Positions 24,585 to 36,960 are shown, counted from the first letter of the stretch. The stretch is 52,670 nt of DNA from Chiloscyllium plagiosum (GCF_004010195.1 NC_057719.1:65357751-65410420); one strand, 5' to 3'. Numbers and translations: made by a program. Notes: generated from the letters alone by a model not told the origin.

Positions 24585-26075
24585 ATCAAACTGTTCCAGT
24601 ACAGCTATAACACTGGCATCTAAACAGCAATTTTAAAAATTGCCCAGGTATGCTCTGCACACACAAAAAAAGGACAAATTCAGTTACCACCCCATTGGTC
24701 TGCTTTTGATCATCAGTAAAGAGATGGAAGGTGTCATCTCTCTTCACCTGCTCAGCAACAACGTGGTCAGTGACCCCCGGTCTGGGTTCCACCAGGACCA
24801 CTCATTACAGCCTTAGGTCAAACATGGACAAACAAAATGATTTTCAGAGTTGAACTGAGAGTGACAAGACTGTATTTGACTAAGTATGGCACCAAAAAGC
24901 CCGAGCAAAGTTGGAGTCAATGGGAATTGGGAATGCCTAGCATATAGGAAGATGGCTGTGGTATTGGAGGTCAGTCATCTCAGCTGCAGGACGTTGCTGC
25001 AGGAGCTTCTCAGTATGGTGTCCTAGGTCCAACTACCTCCAGCTGCTTCATCAAGGACCTTCTCTCCATCAAAGGTCAGGCATGGGTATGTTCACCGATG
25101 ATTGCACAATGTCCAGTACCATTTACAATCCTCAACAGTCCATGTCCAAATGTAACAAGACTTAGAAAATATCCAGAGCTGAAAAAGTGTTGCTGGAAAA
25201 GCGCAGCCGGTCAGGCAGCATCCAGGGAACAGGAGAATCGACGTTTCAGCTCTGATCTCCAGCATCTGCAGACCTCACTTTCTCCTTAGAAAATATCCAG
25301 GTTTGTGTTGAAAAGTGACAAATAACATTCACGGCACACTCATTCCAGGTAATTACCATCTCTAATAAGAGACATTCTAGCCATCACATCTAGACATTTC
25401 AATGGTGATACCAACACCAAATGCCCCACTATCAAGATCCTGGTGGTTACTGGATTAGACATTAAATGTACAATGGTATAGAGAAGGTCAGAAGCTAGGA
25501 ATACTGCAATGAGTAACTCACCTCCTAACTCCCCAGAACCTGTCCATTATCAACATGGCACAAGTCTGGTGTGTGGTGGAATACTCTCCACTTCCCTGGA
25601 CGAATGCAGCTCCAACAACAATCAAGAAGCTTGACACAATTTTGATCGGCATCATATCCACAAATATCCATTTCCTCTGTAACCAACACTCAGTGGCAGC
25701 AGTGTACAGTGTACACCAGCATCTACAGGGTGCACTACAACAATCTCCTTCAGCAGTACCTTCCAAACCCACAACCTGTTGCGCCTCAACAGACAAGGAC
25801 AACAGATACAGCAGATGTTCCCAACACATGAGAACATCACCACTTGCAAGATCCTCTCCAAGCCATTCACCAGCCTGACTTGGAAATACATCGTTGTCCC
25901 TTCACTGGATCAAACTCCTGGAATTCCCTCCCTAATGCATTGTGTTTCAACCTACAGGATATAGACTGCAGCAGATCGAGAAGGCAGCTCAGCACCACCT
26001 TCTCAAGGGCAGTAAAGAACAGGCAATAAATGCTGGCCCAACCAGTGATCCCCATTCACACTGAGTGAATTAAAA
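24585..26075 (+). mobile_element. CR1-like LINE, second family (RT to 3' end, degenerate)
   Basis: Degenerate FD.VWH, GVLGP.. and F.DD motifs; 3' end caccaccttctcaagggcagtaaag..caataaatgctggccc. Confidence 0.75.
25177..25285 (+). mobile_element. Collapsed foldback PLE remnant with 15-16 bp TSD
   Basis: (c)ttagaaaatatccag at 25161-25176 and 25285-25300; inverted arm start agctgaaa versus tttcagct plus 34-nt tail. Confidence 0.85.
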
Positions 26076-26184
26076 AGACATATTTTTACAACATTCACAC
26101 CGATGGTGATTCAAAGGTACTGACTTATGCACTAAGACCTTCAGCTTGTTGCCCAGTCTAGCTTCCTTACAGCTTAGGAAAACA

Positions 26185-26950
26185 TAAACAGTTTACAGGG
26201 AGATGTTAAGTTGGCAAAATATTCACCAATTGAATATAATAAGGGAAGATATGACATTGTTCATGTTGGAAGCAAGAACAAAAAAACAGTATTATTTAGA
26301 TGGAGAAAAACTCTAGAACACTGCAACACAAAAAGACTTGAGGGGACTTGCACATAAAGTAGTGTAGAACACAGGTGCAGCAGATAATCTAAAAGTCTAA
26401 TGGAATGTTGGCCCTTACTTCAAGTATAAGAGTAGGGAAGTCTTACTGCAATTATACAGGTACTGGTATGATCACATCTGGAGTACAGTGGGCAATTTTG
26501 TTTCCTTTATTTACAAGCAAAGATTAAACAGGTTTGGAGTCTAGTCACTGGAGTTTAGAAGAATAAGAGGTGATTTGATTGAAACATTTCGGATTCTTAA
26601 GGGGTTTGGCAGGGTAAATGCTGAGAGGATGTTTCCCCACATGAGAGAGACTAGATGCAGAAGTCTCAGAATAATGGGGCACAAATTTAAAGCTGAAATG
26701 AGGAGAAATGTCTTCTCTCCCTTTAGAACCCCTTGCTACGCTGTGGTGTGGAAGCATAATCCTTGATTAATTTTAAAGCTGCAATGAATTCTTGTACAGT
26801 AAGGGAATCAAGGGTTATGTGGAAAGGGCAGAAAAGTGGACTTGAGGAATGTCTGATCATTCTATTGAATGATATTATCCTATTGAATGGCAGAACAGGC
26901 ACAAAGAGCTGTACAGCCTACTCCTGTGGCTATTTCTTATGGTCTTATGG
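26185..26950 (+). mobile_element. Degenerate CR1 LINE
   Basis: HLEYSGQF; RIRGDLIETFRILKGFGRVNAERMFP; FKAEMRRNVFS. Confidence 0.8.
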
Positions 26951-28094
26951 GTTAATATATTGACATGTTTGTGAAAGTTAATGCTGTTGATGTTATTTCA
27001 TTATAAGGTAGTAGATAGACAAAGAAAACAAGAAGAAGAAAGTTCAATACCATTCATTTTTTTAAAATTAGAAAGCTTTTCTGAAGTATTTTTATAATTA
27101 GTTTTATTGTTGCCCTATTCCGCAGATATCAAGTAAAAACATGCAAGACTAATTCATTTAGTATAGCCCATTGTAACAGATAGCTAAAACTTCAATGATT
27201 AATAGATTCTTTTTTGTGGTTTAGTGTACGGTTGGTCCCTGGCATCTGGATTTCACCATGAAGTGGAACCGAGGGAGGCAGATTTATACATGTTATGTTA
27301 CCACATTTCAGTGACGCAACAGAGTTTCATAAATTTTCGCTACTCTGTTTCCCATTTTAGAAACAGCCATGACTCTGTCACTGCTCAGCTGCTGCATTGA
27401 GATTGAGATTAGTGATGGTTTCTCTTCATGTCCGTAACCAATGCTTTTCTGATAGAGTTTGCCCAAACTGAGAAGTCTGTGGTAACTATATAAACAGTCC
27501 TTTGAGATTCGTTAACGTTTATTGTGTAAGCTGTCAAGAGCCCCATAATTGTCTTCGAGCAGTTCACACAATTTGCTGTGTGGAGTCTCACATGATAAGA
27601 TTCAATTGGCAGTGGGGTAAATCTCGAGTCATGAGTTGGCACCATAGCGGGAAGGGTCGATTGCAAAGGATGCCGATGAGAGGGAGAACTCCTGGCTCCA
27701 CAGTAATGCTTTCTGAATTTAAAACAATAACATTAGTGGTCGCAGGAGTTAAGTAAGAATTTCTGTTACATTTTCTTGTTCTGTTAAGTTAGAAATAGCC
27801 ATGCTTTAGACTCCAAATGCCAGACCTTCATTGAGATTATTTCTTGCAGTTCTCCATTTGGCCAAACTGATACATTATTATCCAATGGATGACTTCAGTG
27901 CAGCAGTGAACATAGATATATTCACATTACAATTAGTTCCTACTTCTTTACAAATGAGAACAATATATCCTTTCCTATCCAGTGCCTATATATCGATATG
28001 GAGAAAGTGGAGACTGCAGATGCTGTAGCTCAGAGTCGAGAGTGTGGTGCTGGAAAAGCACAGCCGGTCAGGCAGCATCTGAGGAGCAGGAGAG

Positions 28095-28126
28095 TTGACG
28101 TTTCGGGCATAAGCCCTTCATCAGGA
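28095..28126 (-). ncRNA. Minimal hammerhead ribozyme motif (intact core)
   Basis: Reverse strand: CTGATGA-A-GGGC-TTAT-GCCC-GAAA-CGTC. Confidence 0.65.
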
Positions 28127-29636
28127 ATGAGGCTTGTGGGTCAGGGCTGGGAGATAAATGGGAGGGGGGTTGGGTTCTGTTGAAATCTACATTGATCCCA
28201 TGTGTTTGCAGGGTCCCAAGGTGGACTATCAAGGCATTCCTCCTCCAGGCATTGGTGGTAACAGTTTGCTGGTGGAGGAGGCCCAGGACCTGCATGTCCT
28301 TGACAGAGTGTGAGGGAGAATGGGGTGGTGGGGTTGATGGGTGCGGGTGTCCCAGAGATGTTCTCTGAAGTGATCCATTAGAAGGCATCCTGGAAGGATC
28401 TCTTGGGGTCTTGGACGGTGATGAGGGGAGTAGTCCACAATAATCCACCATGACGAAGGTGTCCAAGCTCTCCATTTCTTCCTCTCATGCCATCCCAACC
28501 AGTACCCATCCACTGACACCCTCATCCACCTGGCTAAACTGGTCCTTACCATCAACAACTTCTCCTTCCAATCCTCCCACTTCCTCTAAACCAAAGGGGA
28601 GGCCATGGGCGCCCGCATGGGACCCAGCTATGCTTGCCTGTTTGCCGGATATGTGGAACAGTCCCGCTTCCACAGTTACACTGGCACCACCTCCAACCTG
28701 TTCTTCCACTATATTGATGACTGCATCAGCGCTGCCTCGTGCTCCCACGAGGAGGTTGAACAGTTCATCAACTTTACCAACACTTTCCTTCCTGACTTAA
28801 ATTCATCTCGAAAATCTCCCTCCTCTTCCTGGACCTCTCCATCACCGTCTCTGGTGACTGACTAACCACAGACATATACTACAAGCCCACCAACTGTCAC
28901 AGCTACCTAGACTACACCTCCTCCCATCCAACCTCCTCTAAAAATGCCATCCCTTATTCCTAATTCCTCTGCCTCCACTGCATCTGTTCCCAGGATGACC
29001 AATTCCATCTCAGAAAGTCCCAGATGGCCGCCTTCTTCCATGATCACAAATTCCCTTCCCACATGGTTGACGATGCCCTCCAGCATATCTCCTCCACGTC
29101 ATGCACCACCGCCCTTGAACCCCACCCTTCCCAATGCAACAAGGACAGAACACCCTCGGTCCTCACCTTCCACCTCACCAAAGTTTGTATACAATGCATC
29201 ATCCTCTGCCACTTCTGCCACCTACAAACGGATCCCACCATCAGAGATATATTTCCCTCTCCATCCCTATTAGCATTCCTAAAAGACCTCTGTGACTCCC
29301 TCCTCAGGTCCACACCTCCACCAGCCTATACCCGACTCTGGCACATTTCACTGCCACTGCAGGAAGTGAAAACCCGAGCCAACACCACTCCCCTCACTAC
29401 AGTCCAAGGCCTCAAGAGATCCTTCCACATCCATCAGAAATTTACCGTACCTCTACCAATGTCACCTACTTCATCCGTTGCACCAGGTGTGGTCTTCTCT
29501 ACATCGAGGAGACAGGATGCCTTCTTGTGGATCGTTTCAGAGAACATCTCTGGGACACCCGCATCCACCGCCCAGTGGCTGAACATTTCAACACTCCCTC
29601 ACACTCCGTCAAGGACATGTAGGTCCTGGGCCTCCT

Positions 29637-29653
29637 NNNNNNNNNNNNNNNNN
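29637..29653. other. Assembly gap (17 N) flanked by ~100-bp duplicated sequence
   Basis: tcgtttcagagaacatctctgggacacc... present at 29532 and again at 29654. Confidence 0.95.
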
Positions 29654-30279
29654 TCGTTTCAGAGAACATCTCTGGGACACCCGCATCCACCGCCCAGTGG
29701 CTGAACATTTCAACACTCCCTCACACTCCTGGGTCCTGGGCCTCCTCCACTGCCAAACCATTACCACCGATGCTTGGAGGAGGAATGCCTCATATTCCGC
29801 CTTGGGACCCTGCAACCACATGGGATAAATGTGGATTTCAACATCTTCCTCATTAGCCCATCCCCCACATTATCCCTGTGCCAAGCCTCCGATTCGGCAC
29901 AGCCCTCCAGGGCCATCCATCACTCCCCCCTCTGACCTATCACTTTCTCCTTCACCTTCAATCACCTATTGCTTTCTCAGCTACCTTCCCCCCAACCCCA
30001 CTCCTCCTCCCATTTATCTCTCAACCCAGACCCACAAGCCTCATTCTTGATGAAGGGCTTATGCCAAAAATGTCAACGCTCCTGCCTGACCTGCTGTGCT
30101 TTTCCAGCACTACATTCTTGACTATATTCAATATAACTGTTTTAATTATTGATTTTTTTCCACTCGAAGGACAATTGACAATTAACGTTTATATGTAAAC
30201 TTAACACTGTTAGTGTCCTTTATAGCTTGTTGTCTTTTCTCAAAATATTGTTTCTAGTTTTAATTTGGTGATAGAATGT

Positions 30280-30630
30280 GACCCTGCATTTTTGGTATGC
30301 TGTGCAGGCAATGTGCTGCTCCTGCGACAGAAGGCGTCATGCTTGAGGTTGCTCATGTTATAGTCCCTATGGTCATATTGATGTTGAATTCTTGTTGGTG
30401 ATGAGATTGGTGTGGTCCCACTGGTTAGTAATCTTGCTGTTGCTGTGGTTGATTGTTTCAGCATTTTTGGCTCGTGTGAAGGTTGAATGTGCTCCTCCTC
30501 AACTGCTTTCCAGTCTCAGTGTCGATCATGTGCACTTTGGGAGTCTCAACTTTCCCAATAACGTATGCTGGGTTCCAGGTTTCCATGATTCAATGATGTG
30601 CATGTGCAGTTTGTCCTTTCAATTGTAGCT
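30280..30630 (-). mobile_element. Possible old RTE-like LINE 3' relic
   Basis: Weak resemblance to the RTE C-terminal A.DR..W..V..G motif on the reverse strand. Confidence 0.3.
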
Positions 30631-31511
30631 GAATTGACATTTATCAGATCAGCCATGAGCTCCTTGAATGGTGGATAGGCTGAAAGGTCTACTTCTGCTC
30701 CTATGTCTTATGTACTAACTTGACATGCTTTTTGAAGTGTTGATCTCCTAACTGCATATCAGTGAATCACAATCTTACTCCGTACAAGTAACCCAGAGGA
30801 TATGTGTTCTTTGGCAGAGTTCTCTAGTACTTTTTTTCTATCCAATAAATATGCAGGTAATTCCATGTCAACCTTGAGAAATATAGATTACAGTGACAAT
30901 AAGGCAAGGTTTGGGACTTCCTTTCCTCTCTTGACTTTTTCTGAGGGTGCTCGTGACAAGCTGGTCATATGTTTCATTAAACCCTGACCCCTTAGGTAAT
31001 GTGCTGATGTGGTGATGAGATAATGGTGTGGAACCCATACTCTTCAATGAGTTCCTTAAATCCTCTGGAGGTGAACTAGGTTCCATTATGTCTGCTGTTA
31101 GAATGGGAGATATGTAGAAATACGCACTGTGCCACTACAGGATGATTGGATCTGCATCGCAAGATCTTGATCCCATCCCTGTTGATCAACAGCAGCACCA
31201 GATGCTTTCCAATGCTGGAAGGGATGAAATGAAAAAGAGATCGTGTGACTTAAGGATAGAATTTGCAACAGTTTGAAATAGATTTTTTACCATTCCTTTC
31301 ATGAGTCAAGTGTTAAAGTAATCTAAAGAAAGGAGAATGATGACTTACAATGGCATATGTGTGATATGAGTATGTCACAGTTTAAAGGTGTTAATACTGA
31401 GGAATGCATTAAGCATTACCCAATATGGTGATGTGATATGGATTTAGGTGAAGATACAGTTTTGGACGTCAAAGGAGCAAAGCCTAATATTGAGGTCTCC
31501 CTTGTTTTCTT

Positions 31512-31804
31512 ATAAAATCCCTATAGTGTGGAGGAAGGCCATTCAGCCCATTGAATGCATACCAATGCTCTGAAGAGCATTCCACCTTGACCCAGCACCC
31601 CACCCAACCCTACATTTCCCATGGCCAATCCACCTAACCTGCACATCTTTGGACTATGGGAAACTGGAGCACCTGGTGGAAACCCACACAGACACGTGGA
31701 GAATGTGCAAACTCCACATAGACAGTCACCCGAGGCTGGAACTGAATCTGGGTCACCGACACTGTGAGGCAGCAATGCTAACCACTGAGCCACTGTGCTG
31801 CCCC
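31512..31804 (-). mobile_element. HE1-type V-SINE
   Basis: Reverse of GGGCAGCACAGTGGCTCAGTGGTTAGCATTGCTGCC head and V-domain. Confidence 0.88.
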
Positions 31805-33169
31805 CAGTAGCACATTTTCTGAGGAGATGTAACTTGCCACTTGTCCTTTTGTTTTAATGATTTGTTATAGAAATAGTGTATTTTTATCCAATAAGCAAGG
31901 CAGTGTTGGGACAATAATATTAGTTTTGGTTTGTTAAAGTACTAGAGACCATTAACCAGGTCCAATTATCTTTAGTCTAAGGATCATTAATCAACTGATA
32001 TGTGGCCGAACAAACGCAGAAAGACCAGGTTCTCAGCATTTTTTCAGATGTTTTCCAACCCCAGGTTGCAATATATTAATCGTTTATAACATTAAGATAT
32101 CTGCGTTTGCTTAATCTTGACCCTCCACTGAAGTGATCGTTTAAGACCGTTGTGACATGGTACTTTCAGAATGTAGTAAAGAAAGTTTATTTTAAATACT
32201 AAAGAACTATTCAATTTAGAAGTATATCAAAGAATTCTAACTTTCTATTAAATGGACTGTCAAAGAATTTTAGGAAATGCAGTAGACACTCTCATCCTGA
32301 AAATTCCTAATGGTTTGGCATTCAGACAGATAATAAAGTGGTACCTGAAGTAGTATCACTAAGACTACATAAGCCAGATGGTTATGGCAATGAATCACAT
32401 GCTGCTGAGTCATTAGTGTTGAATGTTGTCTGTTCAGCATCCTTTTGAACCTGTACAGTCCTGTTTCCCTATCTATAGCAATAATTAATTTTCTGGCCAT
32501 TTTAGAATGCATGACTCATCTGATATTTACCAAAACGTGAAAAGACATTGATGAAGAACTGAAGGGTGTTAGCATTCAGAGCTTTGCCAGTAAATAAGCT
32601 TTTGGATTAGCAAGATCATGCTTTGCTTGTTTGGACATGAAAAGAAAGAATAGAAGATCATTTATTTCCAAACATTAAGCCATTTTCAATTGTCTAATTC
32701 AGGTTCTGGATGTTAAGAAGCGCCGGTGTTAAAGGAATCAAAGTGTGTGTATCTATGTATGGGGTGGGGAAAGGAAAGCGGGGAGCACAAGAAGGTGGTG
32801 GTTTTTGTGCACACATGAGATGATAGAGGTTAATGGAGGTTTAACAGCATGGAATGTGCAGCAGTGTTTTATTTCAACATTATCATTACCATTTGGAGTT
32901 TTGTATGAATAAGGACATTGTTGTAACCAATGCCAAGACAAGGTTGACTAACTTGCTATGGTTCCAAACAAAGGAGGAGTGAAGAATTGGCTCCCATTCT
33001 TGATTCACTTACTCCTTGCTCCACCGATATCAATTGTTTGCAAGAAGGTTAATTTCAAAAGAATCCCAACTCTTGTGGATACCTTTCTACAAACGAATTA
33101 ATTTAGGTTTAGAAGGAATCATTTTAAATAGGTTTTCTTGAGTTAAGGAAAGAATAAGTCCATTAGTTC

Positions 33170-33585
33170 TGCTGTTTTCCCTGGAGTGTTGGAGGCTGAG
33201 GGGTAACCTTATAGAGGTTTATAAAATCATGAGGGGCATGAATAGGTAAATAGACAAGATTTTTTTCCCCTGGGGTGGGGGAGTCTAGAACTAGAGAGCA
33301 AAGGTTAAGGTGAGAGGGGAAAGATTTAAAAGGGACCTAAGGGGCAAATCTTTTACACAAATGGTTGTGCATGTATGGGATGAGCTACCAGAGGAGGTGG
33401 TGGAGGCTGGCATAATTATAACATTTAACAGACATCTGGATGGGTATATGAATAGGAAGGGTTTAGAGGGATTTGGGTCAGGTGCTGGCAAATGGGACTA
33501 GATTAGGTTGGGATATCTGGTCAGCATGGACGGGTTGGACTGAAAGGGGTGTTTCTGTGCTGTACATCTCTATGAGACTATGACA
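33170..33585 (+). mobile_element. CR1 LINE 3' fragment
   Basis: RGERFKRDLRGKSFTQMVVHVWDELPEEVVEAG; CR1 3' UTR. Confidence 0.9.
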
Positions 33586-33604
33586 TGCACAAAATTAAAT
33601 TAGT

Positions 33605-33932
33605 GGGCAGCACGGTGGAACAGTGGTTAGCACTGCTGCCTCACAGCGCCAGAGACTTGGGTTCAATTCCCGTCTCAGGCGATTCTCTGTGTGGAGTTTG
33701 CACGTTCTCCCCGTGTCTGCGTGGGTTTCCTCTGGGTGCTCCGGTTTCCTCCCACAGTCCAAAAATGTGCCGGTTAGGTGAATTGGCCAAGTTAAATTGC
33801 CCGTAATGTTAGGTGAAGGGGTAAATGTAGGGGAATGGGTCTAGGTGGGTTTCGCTTCGGCGGGTCGGTGTGGACTTGCTGGGCCGAAGGGCCTGTTTCC
33901 ACACTGTAAGTAATCTAATCTAATCTAATCTA
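33605..33932 (+). mobile_element. HE1 V-SINE
   Basis: Complete head, V-domain and (TAATC)4 tail. Confidence 0.92.
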
Positions 33933-35853
33933 AAAATAACAAGTGAATTCAAAAAATCTTTTTAAAAATTACATATTGGGGTCTAAATCATTCATGAAAA
34001 GTTATTTTACAGATGTTACATGGCACCAGTAATACCGAGGTCAGTAGCTATTGCTCTAATTCATTTGATGGTGACCAGCTAGCAGCATTCAGAGTACCAG
34101 GTTATTTCCCTTACTTTACCTGCAGTGCATAAGTGTTTAATAGCTTTTCTCAAGCCTTGAACTTCACAGCTCGTGAGTCAGGACACCCGTATTTCAGTTC
34201 ACTAATACACACTGACCAGGTGTTGCAATCAGTTTTTAACTGCCTTTTTTACATCAATGGAAGGGTAAAACACAAAAGGCCCAAAGGAGGTAGATTCCTG
34301 CGAAGGTAGTTAGTTGGATAGCCAGCCTCTCATTCACTCTTCCTTTTTACGCCATGGGTCCACAGGGGACTCTGTCTAACTGTTAATAAATCTACATTTG
34401 CAATCATCTTTCATGCATTCAAATTAAAAGTTCAATGTATCCATAAGTGCTTCAAAGCTTTTTCATCCTAATAGTTCCCCTACAGAATAAATAAATTGAG
34501 ATTCGATCTTTTCATTATAAAACATGAAAAAAATTAAATGCATATAAAACAACAGATGCTCTAACATTTTCATTCTCTTAGCTTGGTTAATATTATCTGT
34601 TTAGTCCTACTGGATTTCTTTAAGTTCTGGACAAGGCATCTGCCATTTGATTCCCTGGCAATATGGGTGATTTTTATGTGGTGCAGGTGTAGGAGCAACT
34701 TTCTTCTGAATAGCTTAATGTTCTGAGTCTTAAACCTTGTCACAAAAGTTAATGGATTGTTTTCAGTAAAGACTGCACCTTTATGTACCATTTTCAGACA
34801 TCTTACCTCAACATAGTGAAGACAAACTGAAGCTTGCATCTCTGATGCTTATAGAAAGTTTTGTGGAGGTGTTGTGACTTGGCCTATCTCTAATCCAGAT
34901 TCTCCTGAAGGTGGGCAGCCCTTACCTTAAGGTCACTTGCATCAATATTGATTTTAAATGTTTGGTTAAAATTTGAAGTGTCAAGGACATGCTTGCTTCT
35001 TAAATAGCCTTCAGCTTTTCAAAAGCTCCCTGGCATTTCTTAGACAATACCCCCTTTGCATTTTTTCTGTCATAGGTCTGTTAGTTTTCTTTTAACTACT
35101 GTGCTGACATTTGGGATGAACTTTTGATAGTTTACACACATTCTCGAAACCCTCATGATTCCCTGCTTTGTTGTGGGAATGGGAAACTATGCTACTGCAT
35201 GTCCGTATGCAGTGATGGGCAGTAATCATCCTTGACCCAGAATAGGTCACGTGGATCAACTGATTGCAACACCTGGTCAGTGTGTATTAGTGAACTGAAA
35301 TACTGGTGTCCTGACTCATGAGCTGTGAAGTTCAAGGCTTGAGAAAAGATATTAAACACTTATGCACTGCAGGTAAAGTAAGGGAAATAACCTTGTACTC
35401 TGAATGCTGCTAGCTGGTCACCATCAAATGTATTAGAGCAATAGCTACTGACCTCGGCATTACTGGTGCCATGTAACATCTGTAAAATAACTTTTCATGA
35501 ATGATTTAGACCCCAGTATGTAATTTTAAAAAAGATTTTTTGAATTCACTTGTTATTTTTAGATTAGATTAGATTACTTACAGTGTGGAAACAGGCCCTT
35601 CGGCCCAGCAAGTCCACACCGACCCGCCGAAGCGAAACCCACCCAGACCCATTCCCCTACATTTACCCCTTCACCTAACATTACGGGCAATTTAACTTGG
35701 CCAATTCACCTAACCTGCACATTTTTGGACTGTGGGAGGAAACCGGAGCACCCAGAGGAAACCCACGCAAACACGGGGAGAACGTGCAAACTCCACACAG
35801 AGAATCGCCTGAGATGGGAATTGAACCCAAGTCTCTGGCGCTGTGAGGCAGCA
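33634..35853. repeat. ~600-bp inverted duplication (arms 33634-34234 and 35258-35853)
   Basis: Arms are reverse complements across both the SINE and ~300 bp of unique flank, with only scattered substitutions and one TAATC unit difference. Confidence 0.95.
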
Positions 35854-35960
35854 ATGAACTTGCTCTTTGTGAGATTGACTTCAAGATCAGCTGACTATGT
35901 TTTTTAAAGAGGGTTTCCAGTTACTCTAACTGTAGTTCTCATTCACACTGTGGAAGGTAA
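34620..35960 (-). mobile_element. Gypsy (Gmr1-like) pol relic, RT-RNase H, split by the inverted duplication
   Basis: 35960-35854: LETLFKK..ADLEVNLTKSKF. 35257-34620: VTY..GQG, FPIPTTKQ, CQGAFEKLK, FKINIDASD, FTENNPLTF, IKITHIARES, ADALSRT*. Confidence 0.85.
35560..35856 (-). mobile_element. HE1 SINE copy (part of duplicated arm, 5'-truncated)
   Basis: Shares diagnostic variants with 33605-33932 (agagacttggg, ggcgattctc, ccaaaaatgtg, ccaagttaaattgcccgtaatg). Confidence 0.9.
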
Positions 35961-36464
35961 ACAGTCAATCTCTATCTCTTCCTTTTTGGGTCTTTCTATA
36001 GGTCTCAGTTAATACATATGCTTCCTTAACCACTTTGTTAACTCTCTTGCTATCATCAAGGATATACAAACCAAGGTCACTCTGACCTTAAATACTTTCT
36101 AGGATCCTAATGTTTACAGTGGAATTCCTTTCCTTGTTATCCCTCTTAAAGTTCATTTGCTCACACTTTTCTGGGTTGAATTCCATTTGCCGGGTTGAAT
36201 TCCAGTCCCTGAGTTAGAAACCTTCAAAGACAGTGAGAAACCAATACAATGAGTAGGAAAGACAGTGGATACCAGTAGTCATTGTCAGTTCTGTAGAACA
36301 AGGAAATCTCGTATACACAAGCAGAGCCGAGATATTACTAAAGAACGCTTTAGCTAAGATACAACTGGTCGCTTTCACAAAGCGTACTGAAGCTGGACAT
36401 GGTCACAGAGTGGCAAGAAGGCAAATGGTTACTTACACAAAGAAGTTTAACAACATCTTTCCTA

Positions 36465-36960
36465 TAGGAGAGAGATCAGAATTAAATGCAGTATTCTAAA
36501 GGTAGCCTAACCAATATCCTGTACGGCTGCAACATGACCTCCCAAATCTTGTACTCAACGCACTGATCAATAAAGGCAAGCATACCAAATGCCTTCTTCA
36601 CCATCCTGTCTACCTGTGCTTCCACCTGCAAGGCATAATCAATCTGTACCCCAAGGTCTCTTTGTTTGGCAACACTCACTTTAGTAAAATGCTGTACGTC
36701 ACATTGGTCCATTGGCCCATCTGATCAAGGTCTTGTTGTACTCTGAGATAACCTTCTTCACTGTCCATTATACCACCCATTTTGGTGTAATCTGCAAACT
36801 TACTGACCATTCCTCCCATTTTCACATCCAAATCATTTATGTAAAAGTCAAAAAGGCAGTGGACCCAGCACTGATCCTTGAAGCACACTGCTGGTCAAAG
36901 GTCTCCAGTCTGAAAAGCTACCCTCTAACCCCACCCTACGTCTCCTACCTTCAAGCCATG
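36465..36960 (-). mobile_element. CR1 LINE RT fragment
   Basis: YINDLDVKMGGMVSKFADYTK; QRDLGVQI..KKAFGMLAFI. Confidence 0.88.

Larger units (their letters stand above)
28000..30123 (+). mobile_element. Penelope-like retroelement (5'-truncated RT + GIY-YIG, pseudogenised) with inverted partial copy on the left
   Basis: MGARMGPSYACLFAGYVEQ..FFHYIDDC (PLE RT). GIY-YIG-like Y.IRCTRCGLLYI.ETG..DRFREHL at ~29460-29560. 28000-28445 is an inverted copy of the 3' end. Confidence 0.92.

Noticed and set aside
29024..29704. Longest ORF (226 aa) as a host gene
   Set aside because: Frameshifted Penelope ORF fragment that reads through an N gap
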